From the NCBI GenBank assembly GCA_900128395.1, contig LT649268.1:1-50414 (forward strand): a DNA stretch of 50,414 bases, written 5' to 3'. The translations under genes were made by a program, and so were the position numbers. The notes beneath the pieces were generated by a model. That model did no database searches, had not been told where the DNA came from, and worked only from the letters and a program-made list of their open reading frames with translations. The first letter of the stretch is position 1, and each line of letters opens with the position of its first letter. Positions 11,052-23,200 of the stretch are shown here, piece after piece. Source of the DNA: Stramenopiles sp. TOSAG23-2. Its lineage: Eukaryota.

Positions 11052-11732
11052 TTATAAATAAAGTTGATTAAAAGTCAAACAAAGGCACTTCAGGATAATC
11101 GTTATTTGTTCTAACGACGATGGACGATAAGATAAAGAAAGCACCAACTGGTTCATATGTTTGTGATATCGAACAATTAAATCGACAATTAACTTTAGAT
11201 GAAAAGTCAATAATAAAATTATAACATCCCATACGCTGCGAAACTTTGATTCTGGATGAATCGGTTTCTTCAAGCATTCCTTAAATGTCGGTCTTTTGTA
11301 TACTTCTTTTAATTCTGCATGACAATTTTTGCATGCTCGGACACCTTCGATTCTCCATTGAGAACAGTCATTACATAAAAGCATGCCGCAAAATCTGCAA
11401 TGATGGCGCCTGTTGTAACAGGTGAAATCTGCATCACATCCAACACAAAAGGTCGATGCACTATCATCTAGCCATGACGCTCCCCTAAAATGAATATTCT
11501 TCACTACATTTTCTTTTTTTCTTTCAACTCTATTTCGTCTCGCTTTCGCTGCTAAACGTGTCAACGATTTCATGGTTGCAATGCCAATTTTTGAATCATT
11601 GTTCTCGCTTCCATTGGCATTATCATTTTTGCTTTTCTCTTTGTTCGATTCGTTTTTCATTTCAATACTCACATCTTTACCTTCCGCTTTTGCTTCCTCC
11701 TCCTCTTTGAGCGCCTTGATTCTAGCTAACAT
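11052..11732 (-). pseudogene. FYVE domain plus start of a cyclic-nucleotide-gated/KCNH-type channel, truncated after S1
   Basis: WLDD..C..C..F...RRHHCRFCG..CNDCS..RACKNC is FYVE; PIHPESKFRSVWDVIILLLTF matches the pre-S1/S1 of CNBD channels; similarity then stops. Confidence 0.7.
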
Positions 11733-12453
11733 ATTTTGTTAATGTCTATTCACAATATATCATAAAAGTAAATTTTACTTTTGCATTTGAATACGTGTCA
11801 AAATGAATATATATGCTACTAAAATGTGAACAATTTTTTTGTTTAAATAATAATTTAATTATTATTTATCGTTATATTCTTAGTTGTTTCTTCATTTTTT
11901 TGTTATAATAATAATTCTCTGGGTACCAGGTTAAGGTACTGAAGAATATTGCTGAAAAAACATATTGATAGTGGATTAAACGTAAACTATAAGTATAAGT
12001 TTTAGTATACTATGAACTGCATTAAATATCCTGGCCCAAAGCCCAAACCAAAGCCCAAGGCCCAAAAAAGTTGGGTATGTACAATAAGTATACTTCTAAG
12101 AATACAAGGATCTAGAATAATAAGACAGTTACGAGGAAAGTTAGAGGAAAAGTGATTCAAGATTTTCTTTTGATAGTATTTGCATACTATTTAAAAAAAA
12201 TTACGCTCCTCCCTTTTCTTACTATTTTATTCTTCCAGCATTTTTTCCTTTCTTATAATACTATACTACTGATGATATTAGCTGCATTAATATTAAATAC
12301 ATATATATTATATATATATTAAATATATATTATAATATACATCATACAATAATAATAAATTGCATTTCAGAAATAAAATAATTCTTGTAATCTAGTGTGT
12401 TACTACTTGTATCTGAAATATAACATTTACAGCAAAGTAAGTGCCATATAAAA

Positions 12454-13503
12454 ATGAGTTCTGACTCTGAAAGTTCAGAATCAGAGTTAGATGAAGAAAC
12501 ACGTGCATTTAATGAAAGTTTAAATGCTAACTTGGAGACTAAAAAATCAACGCCTAAAAAGTCCATAAGTAGAAGAAGAAAGCAAAATACTCCCCCTACA
12601 TCTGATGATGATGAAGAAGCACGTGCATTTAAGGAAAGTTTAAATGCCAACTTGGAGACTAAAAATTCAAGTCCTAGAAAGTCCACGCCTAAAAAAATTA
12701 AGAAGAACATTTCACCTAAATCTGTCGCGTCTACTAAACAGTCAGAGTCCGACTCAGAATCTAGTTCTGATTCTGGTTCTGGTGAAAGTTCTGGTTCTGG
12801 TGAAAGTTCTAGTTCTGGATCTAGTTCTGATTCTGATGCTGATTCAGAATCATCAGACTCCGATGAAGAAAACGGTATTAAATCCAAAAAAATCCCATTT
12901 AAAAAATCCCGTCCAGCTGTAAATAAGACACCTAAAACAAAAGTAAAAGCAAAAACAAACAGTCGAACTAAAAAAAAAAAAAAGTCAAAAATAGTTATAG
13001 ATATACCCGAGATAAATGGTCAATTTGATAATCTTAGTGATAGTACTGATAGTAGTGGTAGCGATGACGAGAAATTCACAAAAGACCTTACTAGTTTAAA
13101 GGAAAAATTGGAATTGAATAGAAAAAAGAAATCGCTAAAAGATGAAGAAGCGAAATTAGCAGAAGAAAAGCTAGAGAGGCAACGCAAAGAAGCAGAAGAA
13201 AAGTTGATATCAAAGTTGGAAAAGAAACATACATTAACGCAACAAATGCTTCAAAAACAAATTGAGGAGGAGAAAGCTGAAAAAGAATTATATATGAAAC
13301 AGAGTAAAATGTCGAGCAAAGATTCAGAAGAAGCCCAAATTAAATTAATTGAAAGAATAAATAAAGAAGTTGGTCATAAGATTCATAAAAAAGAAGAATC
13401 TGGTGGCCTTTTTGGCATTTTTGGATCATTTTTTGGTTTATGTACAGGTGGTAGAGATGAAGATGTTGACGACGATGACGATTTGATTCGTTATGAAACC
13501 TAA
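12454..13503 (+). CDS. Ser/Lys-rich coiled-coil protein with internal duplication and C-terminal FFGLC motif
   Basis: 349-aa ORF; DEE.RAF.ESLNANLETK twice; C-terminal coiled coil. Confidence 0.8.
   Translation: MSSDSESSESELDEETRAFNESLNANLETKKSTPKKSISRRRKQNTPPTSDDDEEARAFKESLNANLETKNSSPRKSTPKKIKKNISPKSVASTKQSESDSESSSDSGSGESSGSGESSSSGSSSDSDADSESSDSDEENGIKSKKIPFKKSRPAVNKTPKTKVKAKTNSRTKKKKKSKIVIDIPEINGQFDNLSDSTDSSGSDDEKFTKDLTSLKEKLELNRKKKSLKDEEAKLAEEKLERQRKEAEEKLISKLEKKHTLTQQMLQKQIEEEKAEKELYMKQSKMSSKDSEEAQIKLIERINKEVGHKIHKKEESGGLFGIFGSFFGLCTGGRDEDVDDDDDLIRYET
12490..12670 (+). repeat. coding direct repeat, 61-nt units at 12490 and 12610 (120-nt period)
   Basis: GATGAAGAA.CACGTGCATTTAA.GAAAGTTTAAATGC.AACTTGGAGACTAAAAA.TCAA with 4 mismatches. 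Confidence 0.9.
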
Positions 13504-13888
13504 CATGTGTATGCGTGTTTTGACTTTTTAATTTATTAAAATAAAATAAATTAATTTTATATTTGAACGTATTAATAAATGTTTATAATCTCTCTTGTAT
13601 CACGTGTAGAGAAAAAAGTCACATATATTACGCATTATATATTTTTATTTAAATTAAAAAATAAGTAATTGCATTATGATATGATTATGATACTATGATA
13701 ATTATGCATATTATAATATGATATCATATATATGATATCATATCATACCTGGTACTTTTACTAATAATATATCATATCATATTATCATATAAAAAATTCT
13801 CTTACTTATGTATGATAGGGAATAAAAAATTAAAATATGCGTACATTTATATTATATATACGGTATAAAATATACACATAGAAACTCT

Positions 13889-15739
13889 CTAATTACTACT
13901 TCGGATATTTGCTAATGGTGTATGATATGTGGGAGATGACTGTGGTCTATCATTCCGCCGTCTTTTCGGACTATTACGATGATGCTTTTTTGGAGATTTT
14001 TTTAACTTAAAACGATGATGACGAGAAGAGGCAGAGGCAGGTCTATTGAACCTTCTCCGTGAGCTTCTATTAGCTGAACTATTCTTTGGACGATGTGGTG
14101 GTCGGGGAGATGGCGATGGTGTATTGCTATCTAGTAAATTTCCCTGTGATTTCACATAAATACGTCTGGCACGTGAATTGATTGTGTTAGCTGTGCGTGG
14201 CCGTCTTCTATATTTTTTTCTCGTTATGGTACTATTTCCACGAGGATGCATTTTTCTATTTTTTTTCATTGGTGATGATATGGGGAAGTTGTTATTACTA
14301 CTAAATGAATTTCTTTTACTTCGTCGGGGTGAAGACGAAGTGTGCGGGCGTATTTTTTTGTGTTTTGCATATCTACTCATTGATGTTGAAGCAGTTGATG
14401 GCCTTCGTTGGCTTTGAGTTGCCGGCACGGTTGGGGGTGAGATACGCCCCGTCCTTTTCTGTTCTTTCCACTTATCCCGATCCTCTGCCTGTTGTGATCT
14501 TCTTTGTTTTGCTAATCTTATATTTTCCGTAGTTACCACATGTAAAGCCCTTACATCTGCACCTGCATTTATTCCATGTGTGAGCCTGTATGAATATGGC
14601 AATAGATATGTCGAGTCTATGCATCGTGAAAATGCCTTAAAATATAAGCCAGAAGGAAAACAAGATTTTTCTATTTGTTTGGATTCATATCGAGCATGTT
14701 CTTTTTCCGGTTCATCAAACGATGGATAACGTCCTAAACCAGGGTATGATTTTTTCCTTGCCTTTATATACAGACTTTTAAGTTTACTTGTATTTCGATG
14801 ATTTTCACCTAATGCTTCTTGTGATACTACATATGCTTTGTACATTAAACCTACTCCTTTAGAAAAATGTTTTATATTCATTTCACCTACACCAAAATTG
14901 TACAGTGCTACGGCATACGTATATTTTACGTCGGATATTTTTTTTTGTACATCGTACTGGTTTGATAATGTTGCCTTTTTATATTCGGAATCCTTCTGAA
15001 TTTCCACCATGAAATTAACTGCTTGTTTTGCTTCTTGCCTCGCCATTTGATATTCTCTTAACGATGTAAAACATGCTGCTAAGTGTAAGTGTGCGAATGC
15101 CATTGATATATGGGTGCCACTGCCAAGCTCTGGTAAAAATTTTTTTTCTAAAGGCAATCCCATAAAATCTTTCATATTCCGTTCAAAAAGTCTATGTTCT
15201 AATTGGAGTGCCTCTCGAAATTTAACACTAGCATCTTCAAATTTTCCAAATAGAGTACTAATAAAACCGTATGCATTTTTTATTAAAGCTTCAAGAGAAA
15301 TTACATAAGATGGAGTTTCGCTTTTTTGTCTAAAATTAAATGCTGAGCTTAACGTTTTTATCATTCTTAAGATTCTATCAGCAAACCATTCATTAATTTC
15401 CTGTGCCTTATCAATTAAGGTCTTCGCATATCGAATTCGGCCTTTTTTTGCAATTATTATACCATTTTTTACGCAAAGCTTCGCCATATCCATAATAAGA
15501 TGATTATCAGCAACTTTTCCCATTACAATATCTTTCACCGTATAATCAACAACATTTCTCGCTTCTTGAAATTCCTGGGACTCGAATAATTCTTCGATAT
15601 AATTAATATTATGTGTTGTTCTCGCTGAAGCTAAGAGCTTAGAAATATCTATTTTTTTCCTATTTCTTAACTGTTGTATTACTCGTTTCATAGCCCACTT
15701 CCATTTTTCCGCGGGAGTCATTTCAACAGTTACTTTCAT
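13889..15739 (-). CDS. TPR-like helical-repeat protein with basic disordered RPxS/T-rich tail
   Basis: AHLHLAACFTSLREYQMA, YAVALYNFGV and ALGENHRNT resemble TPR helices; repeated RPST/RPRTA/RPASA in the tail. Confidence 0.7.
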   Translation of the reverse strand: MKVTVEMTPAEKWKWAMKRVIQQLRNRKKIDISKLLASARTTHNINYIEELFESQEFQEARNVVDYTVKDIVMGKVADNHLIMDMAKLCVKNGIIIAKKGRIRYAKTLIDKAQEINEWFADRILRMIKTLSSAFNFRQKSETPSYVISLEALIKNAYGFISTLFGKFEDASVKFREALQLEHRLFERNMKDFMGLPLEKKFLPELGSGTHISMAFAHLHLAACFTSLREYQMARQEAKQAVNFMVEIQKDSEYKKATLSNQYDVQKKISDVKYTYAVALYNFGVGEMNIKHFSKGVGLMYKAYVVSQEALGENHRNTSKLKSLYIKARKKSYPGLGRYPSFDEPEKEHARYESKQIEKSCFPSGLYFKAFSRCIDSTYLLPYSYRLTHGINAGADVRALHVVTTENIRLAKQRRSQQAEDRDKWKEQKRTGRISPPTVPATQSQRRPSTASTSMSRYAKHKKIRPHTSSSPRRSKRNSFSSNNNFPISSPMKKNRKMHPRGNSTITRKKYRRRPRTANTINSRARRIYVKSQGNLLDSNTPSPSPRPPHRPKNSSANRSSRRRFNRPASASSRHHRFKLKKSPKKHHRNSPKRRRNDRPQSSPTYHTPLANIRSSN

Positions 15740-16570
15740 ATTTATTTATATATATTATATATATATTTATAGTTTTTCTTTTCTACTATACAAGGTAAGA
15801 CATTATACACAATATTCTGATTTCTTGGTTCGATTCTATTCTTTGTATATATTTAAAGTTAACTTATACTATTATCGTACTGATTTTCTTGTATGCCATA
15901 TAATTTTGTAGAAGTGTTGTTATTTACAATGTACAATATAACTATTAATACAATATATCGATATATATTAATACCATCCACAATTGTTTTTGTTGTTTCT
16001 TCTCTACAGTAACAACAACACAAGTACGTAGTGCACACTATTGTGGCACAATAATAACAACACACACAAGTGCACAAGTATTTTAATATACTAATAGTGC
16101 ACAAGGCAACATAATACTAGGAACATAGCCTTATAATACCAATTTTATATTACGGTATTATTACTACTAGCTGGCTAGTATAAGAAACAAAGTTTAAGTT
16201 GCTATTGACAAAAGAAGCGTATAACCGACAAAAGTCAAATTAGAGGAGTAGTATAGGAGAGGGGAAAAAATAAAAAGGCTGGCGTCGAATTTTTGATAGG
16301 AGAATATTGTTTATATTCTGATAAGTACATATTATATACTCCCAAAAAATAAAAACAACTTTTTTTAACTTGTACATTTTTATATGTCGAGCCATCCACA
16401 CAATATAATATAAATATCATAATAAATAATTAAAATAAATTAGACGTTCAAGAGTTGTTATCATATAGCTAGCAATAGTAGAAATATATATATTGATAGT
16501 TATATAATAGGTATACGGACATACAATATATATATATATAATATAATATAATATAATATTGAGTGAAAAC

Positions 16571-18079
16571 ATGGAGAAGGTAAACCATGTATTGTTATTT
16601 ATTTATATTATTTTAGCATTTGTACAAATTGTTAACAGTAGTTTTCTACATAATGGTATGATTTTAGGTGTAAAATCGGTTTTTGGAAAATGTGAAGGTT
16701 TAAATATCGCTTCAATGGCTAAGACAGATAATTACGATGTCATGAGAGATGGACAAATTGTGCATCCATGGGATGGTGTGCCACAAGCAAATTTAGCCAC
16801 CGCGGATGAATATGATAGGCAATTTTATGTAACAAAAAAAGGTGTGCCATTATATTTTAACAACGTTAGTGTTCACCACGCAAATCCATATCTGAAACAT
16901 AAAGGTTATATTATCAAGCCAAGTTTACAAAATGACGGTGGACAGTCCCTTACTTCATCTACTGAGCCGCAAGGCCCGGTTTCAATGGCAAAAAATGGGA
17001 CGTTCACAGCACATCTGCAATATGGCCATTGTCGCCGTTTAGGACAGCCATACGTATGGATTACGTTTGAAATTTGGAAAGATAGTGGTAAATCGGGAAA
17101 AGATGCAAAAGGTATCATGGAAACGTGTAATATAGACCCAAATACTTGCCAAGGGAAGGTGTGTGTGCGATTTAGTATCTTGTGGGCCAAGCAATGTCCT
17201 AAAAAAAGACATCCAAGGCATGGATTGAACATTGGCACGTCATCTTCTGCAAGAGATGTTGTTACGAATGGTAAAGCGACTGATGAATTTAATATCGATT
17301 CTCCGTTTTATTATGTAACAAAAGCCACGCCGAAAACAAAGTTTTTCATCTCTGTTAATGAAATAGGTCAAAAAAAAGATGATGGCGTCATATTAGGAAA
17401 GCCAACCGTACAAGGGTTCGCTGAGAATCAGTTGGTCGTTACGCAAGGTGGCACGGCTGGACAAGGCGGTTTAGTGCATATGAGTGGAAGGCCATTAGTG
17501 TTGGAATTGAATTTCCAATGTGTTAAAGGTACAATTGCATCTGTACAACGAATTACGGTTGGTATAGATATATGCAGAAAAAATACACCAGCAGCTCAGT
17601 GTACATTATCTGATTCCGGGGTAATTGAATATCGTAGTATTATGTTTTCATTGTTAAAATATTGCGGTGAAGATCCAGGTGGTAGTTTTGCATATCATGT
17701 ATTTATTACCTTTCTATTCCTTTCCATTTTCATGTGCGGTACAGGATGTTATTATAAATACCGTGTATTAGGTTCAAGAAATATGGAAATTTTGCCTGGA
17801 ATTGATTTCTTACGTTCATGTGCTGGTGCCATGGCGACAATTAGTTGTTTTAAATCATGTTTTACTAAAGGAATCAGATATTCAACTTTAGACGGTGCTG
17901 ATCATATTGTAGATGATTTCGACGATGATTCATTTATTGATGATGGTATGAATGATTCTTCCGTTGGTTATCAATCATCTGTTAGTATTGGATTGGCAAG
18001 GCGTGGTGAATATGGAGATGAAGATTTAGACGATGAAGAGCTTGATTTAGATGATGATGTGAATATTGATGACTTTTAA
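16571..18079 (+). CDS. type I membrane protein with Cys-containing lumenal domain and ATG27/M6PR-like cytosolic tail
   Basis: Signal peptide VLLFIYIILAFVQIVNS; TM FAYHVFITFLFLSIFMC; YKYRVLGSRNMEILPGIDF; YSTL motif and acidic C-terminus. Confidence 0.75.
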   Translation: MEKVNHVLLFIYIILAFVQIVNSSFLHNGMILGVKSVFGKCEGLNIASMAKTDNYDVMRDGQIVHPWDGVPQANLATADEYDRQFYVTKKGVPLYFNNVSVHHANPYLKHKGYIIKPSLQNDGGQSLTSSTEPQGPVSMAKNGTFTAHLQYGHCRRLGQPYVWITFEIWKDSGKSGKDAKGIMETCNIDPNTCQGKVCVRFSILWAKQCPKKRHPRHGLNIGTSSSARDVVTNGKATDEFNIDSPFYYVTKATPKTKFFISVNEIGQKKDDGVILGKPTVQGFAENQLVVTQGGTAGQGGLVHMSGRPLVLELNFQCVKGTIASVQRITVGIDICRKNTPAAQCTLSDSGVIEYRSIMFSLLKYCGEDPGGSFAYHVFITFLFLSIFMCGTGCYYKYRVLGSRNMEILPGIDFLRSCAGAMATISCFKSCFTKGIRYSTLDGADHIVDDFDDDSFIDDGMNDSSVGYQSSVSIGLARRGEYGDEDLDDEELDLDDDVNIDDF

Positions 18080-18339
18080 AAAATAAAAAAAAAATTATAT
18101 AAAATGGAGAGAAGAAGAGTACAAACTTAAAAAACAAAAATACACGAGAAAGTAAAATTTATTAAAAATAATAACTCTTAGATTTTAACCATTTTAATTA
18201 TATAAAATGTTCTCTTACTCTCATATATTATATAAATTTCTTTTACTCCCGTTCATTAACATCTCAAATCAAAAATGATTTATAAAGTCCATATAATTAT
18301 ATATATCACACATTATTATATACGAGTATCATATCTCTC

Positions 18340-19601
18340 TCAATACCACTCCCTTCCAAATTTATTAACCGGTTTTGGATGTTTTGTAGTAGGAATTTGC
18401 GAAACAGACTCTTTCCGTGTTCGCTTCCAAAATTGGTCAAAATCATACATTTTATGTAACTTTTCAGCATTTGGTGGTGCATTTGTAAAATTACTTAACC
18501 GTTTCCTAAACGCTTTGGTGACCCATGATGCAGCAATTTGACTTTTTGCTACAGCTAATACTTCAACATATGATCCAGCAATAACAGAAGCTGGTTCCCT
18601 TTTATCCGGTGCTAAGATAGCGTTTTCTCCAAATACACTAGGTTTAATCAATGTCGTAGTCTTAACAGCCAACTTCTTTACATCAATAGAACCATATTCT
18701 GCTAAGTAATTTTTTCTTTCATCCCGAAGTGATTCTAACAAATTTTCACTAGTTGTAATTTCATCTTGATATGTTTCTTCCATTTTATTTAATGCCATGT
18801 ATCGATGTAAGCTTTTTTTTTCTTTTATCCTTTCTAGCTTCTCTTGTATTATTAGTTCTTGTTTTTTTATCTCATCTGCTTCATTTGGATATGCACGCAT
18901 ATGTACAATGCCTTTTTGAATTACATAAAAAAATTCACTAACTTGTCCTTGTTGTATAATACAGGTGCCACTTGCAAATATTTTTTTCTGTGCCACCGTA
19001 GCTAATTTTGTTAAATTTTCATCCGTCCAGGCATCAAACACGCCAGTCCTAATAAACGCATCGTACTTCTCTTGCAGATATTTTAAATGAAAATTAGCAA
19101 TTCCAATCGCACGGAAATCCTCACCATGAACCTGCAAAACGCTACTAGGCTCCTCTGCAAATACAGTTGCAGATCGTTTTTGTCTAAATATAAGTCCTAA
19201 TTCCCCAAATGCTGTTCCAGGGCCCATATGATTTACTAAAATAGTTGCTTCCGGGTCTTTTGGATCTCTAATTCGTACACCTAATTTGCCACTGACACAT
19301 ATGAAATAATCATCTGGCTGATCGCCTTGCCTACAAATAACTTGATCCCTACGCAAATCTTTCAAAATCATTACGCGGCTAAGTGCATTTTTTACAGTTT
19401 CTGGATACTTTGAGAAGCAACTTAATGTATGTGTTACGTATTTTGCATCTTCATATTGTTGATTTGTCCGTTTTGTTGGATCTACCCTCAACGCTTTATC
19501 AACTTGGGTCGGCAATACTCTATGTGCTATCTTCGTCAATCTATCTATATATATATTTATATTTGTGTTTCTCTAAAAATATATCGTCACATTATGTGCA
19601 T
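18340..19601 (-). CDS. tandem cyclic-nucleotide-binding domain protein (CNBD-type); 5' end uncertain
   Basis: RQGDQPDDYFICVSGK..GTAFGELGL..RSATV and IIQQGQ..FYVIQKG..VFGENAIL; ORF 18340-19539 lacks ATG; a possible 11-nt exon 19601-19591 plus a 50-nt intron restores one. Confidence 0.85.
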
Positions 19602-20204
19602 ATGTGCGTAACGTGATGAAGGAACAACTTGTACAGATATTATAGTATGTAAATAGCACCACGAGTACACATTTTTTTCTGCAGATTAATAATAAGATGT
19701 GCAGATGGACCACATTTTTAGCCACTAAAATGAAACGCCCGAGACTCAAAACTCTCTCCTCACTATCTTTGAACTGAAAGTATAGTAAACCATGTATCCT
19801 CGTGAAGGGAAATGCCGAAAATGCCAACTAGTAGCTAACCAGCTAACCATATGGAAAAAGTAGATTTACCAACTAACCGTAACGTAAATTTGGACCAGGA
19901 AATGCCTCTGGTGTCCAGAGAAAACTAACCAGCTATAATAACCAGGCTAAAATTAAAATATTACTTGTAATATGGAGGATCCTTGCTGAATAATTTCCGA
20001 AAAAAATGGATAGTGCGATGATTATGATTTATACTTTATACACCACGTAAAATTATATATTTCGAATTCTTAATAGAATAAACAACATCATTTACTATAA
20101 ACAAACTAAGAAAAAGAAAAAGGTTAGAGAGAGAGATATGGAAATAGTTTTACATTTATTATTGAATTGCTAGTACGATATAGATTATTATTACCAACAC
20201 CATT

Positions 20205-23200
20205 ATGCCGACAACGCAATCGAAGGAGAAAGGTGCGGTGAAGAAAAAAAAGAAAAAAAGAACTAATCCAATCTATACTATTTTTTGGAAATTATTCCCT
20301 TTTCAATTTTTTAATTATGGAAAAGATACAGAGACGAATAAGTTTGACCAGGAAGATGCTACACTTGGTAGATTGGAAGTCATTATGATATTTTTGGTTT
20401 CGTGCATGCGTACATGGCATCAAAATCGCATGGTATATGTAAAGCGTGATTTAATGACAGTAACATTTACACGGAATCTTGATGCGTTTAGAAATCTATT
20501 GTTTGATGCTGGTTGGATGAGTTTATTAGCAAGTGCAATCTTTTCTTGTCATCGATATTTAAAGGAAAGGTTAGCTAGTTTATGGAGAGAAAAACTAACG
20601 AAGCAATTGCATCGTCGTTACTTCCACGCTATGGGATATTACAAATTATCACATTTGAACAAACAAGCAATTCCAGATGTATCGGAGCGTATGGTAAAAG
20701 ATCCAAGAAGATTTACCAAAGCATTGGCGGATGAAATGGAAAAAATAAGTGCAGGAATAACAAGTGGGATTTGGTTTACATATAAATTATATACCATATC
20801 ATCCCCACTTGAAGCACTTTCTCCATTGATTTACATGTTCATTTGCTGGAACTTATCGTTAAAAGTAACACCAGATTGGAGTCGAAAATGGAGAAATATG
20901 TTGGATTTAAGATCAAAGTACGTCTCTACACAATCACGTTTACAAGTCCATTCAGAAGCAATTTGTGCTTACCAAGGCAATAAAGTGGAACGTGCAATTA
21001 TTAACAACAGTTGGGAAAATTATTTAGAATATGTCATGACATATGTTCGGGATGCTTCTATTTTCCAATTTGTTACAAAAGCATTTTTTGAATATGGAGG
21101 AAATTCAATATGTGAATTATTGATTTTAATACCATTTTACTCACCAGCAAATGAAGTGAAGCAAAATTATCTGGCAGAAATTAGTAATGCGAAAGCACTT
21201 GGAGGTGCGGAGGCAAGTAATTTAATTGTCAAAGCAAATGCTGCTTTGATGGGTGCCGTACGTTATAGGCTGGAATATTACATCCGTTGCTTTAGCGCAC
21301 AAGGAGTGGTTATTTCTGGACTAAGGCAATTGATGCAAATGCGTGGACCAGCAAAGCGATTGACACAATTGTATGATACTTTGGATAAATTTATTCAAGA
21401 GAAAAGAGATTCCACACAATTTGTTGATACACCGGATACAATAGGGTTCGAAAATGTGCAAGTGTTTACCCCAACAAACAATTTGTTAATTAAAGATTTG
21501 AACTTTAAAATTAAACGAGGTACCAATATGTTATTAACAGGTTGTAATGGTAGTGGGAAATCAAGTATTTTTCGATGTCTTGGTGGGTTATGGAGTATAC
21601 CAGAAGGTGGAAGAATATCAAAGCCAGGTGGAAATAGTGTAGGGTTAAATGCTGCTGTGTTTTACCTGCCACAAAAACCATATAATGTCCTTGGGACATT
21701 GCGTGATCAACTTTGTTATCCAGAAAACAAACGTGTAGCAAAAAAAATCAGTGATGGTATGTTGAGGAAATTGTTAAAAGCAGTTGATTTGGAATATTTA
21801 ATTGATCGTGGTCCACAAGGTCCAAAAGATGATAAAGAAGTCAATTGGGAAGTTGTTTTAAGCATGGGGGAGAAACAACGATTAGCAATGGCTAGGTTAT
21901 TTTATCATAATCCAAAATTTGCTATTTTAGATGAATGTACATCCGGTGTAAGTGCAGCTATGGAACGAAAACTGTATGATGCATGTGGGAAACGTAATAT
22001 AACATGTATAACCATTTCTCATCGACCTGTATTGGAACAATACCATGATTATGTATTAAATGTTTTAAAAGATGGAAAAGGTGGATACACATGGAGAGAA
22101 ACGTTGAGGCAAAAAAATAAAATGCACAAGAAACGTTCTGCATCTATGCTTTACCAGGATCAGGTCACTAACGCTGGGAATGATGATGGTTACAAGGCAT
22201 GGGGTGGTGTTAGTAAAGCATATTTGCAACGACAAGATTCGGATGCAGCTGCTGAAGAAGCATTTTTAGCAAAGCGGAGTGAAAAATATAAAGATGATTC
22301 CACAAATAATATTAGTAAAAGCGGAAAGAAGATAGAGATGAAAACAAAGCATTCGACATGGAAACGATTGTTTGATGTCCTTTACAAAGGATATATGCCA
22401 AACGGTTTCGTGTTAAGCGATAAGGAAACGTGGAGAATAATAGGCTTAGCTGGATTGATTATGTTTAAAGTATATGCTGCTGATCGAATTGCAAGGTTAG
22501 ATGGCGCAATACTTGCAACTGTATTAGGAGATTCTAGATCAAACTTTGCCTACTTGTGGTTTTTAGGTGCATTTTTCCGTACCTTTTTAGCCGGTTTTGA
22601 TGCTATTATGATACATCAAAAATGGGCATTGAATTTAGAATGGCGTAGGCGTTTGACTAAATATATGATGGATTTATATTTCACTCGAAATACATTTTAC
22701 GATGTGAAAAATCAAGATTCAAGGATTACAGATCCAGAGGAACGATTAACAGAGCAAATCGAAGAATTAAGCCGATGTTTTACGCAATTATGGACTGAAG
22801 CATTGGCACCTTTTATTGATATATTTTACAATGCATTTGTTTTATACCGTGCCGTTGGTTTTAGAGCAGTAAGCAGCGTTGGTGCATGGATGATAGGTGG
22901 TGGACTTTTATTACGATATGTTATACCGAACTTTCGTGAAAATGTACGCAAAATGTATAAATTGGAAGGCAGGTTTCGATTTGTACATAATCGCTTAGTA
23001 ACGCATACAGAATCCGTTGCATTTTTTGGTGGCGATCAAGTAGAAAACGAAGTTGTGGATGAAAAGTTTAAAAAGTTGAAAGAACATATATCTATGAGCC
23101 AAATTCAAAACTTGCGATTTAACTTATTTAATAACTTCATGATTCGCCAAACGCCCGATTTAATGTCATTTGCTTTACGCATGTATTATGCAATGACATT

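Noticed and set aside
15827..15837. GGTTCGATTCT tRNA T-loop-like motif
   Set aside because: No T stem, D arm or acceptor stem.
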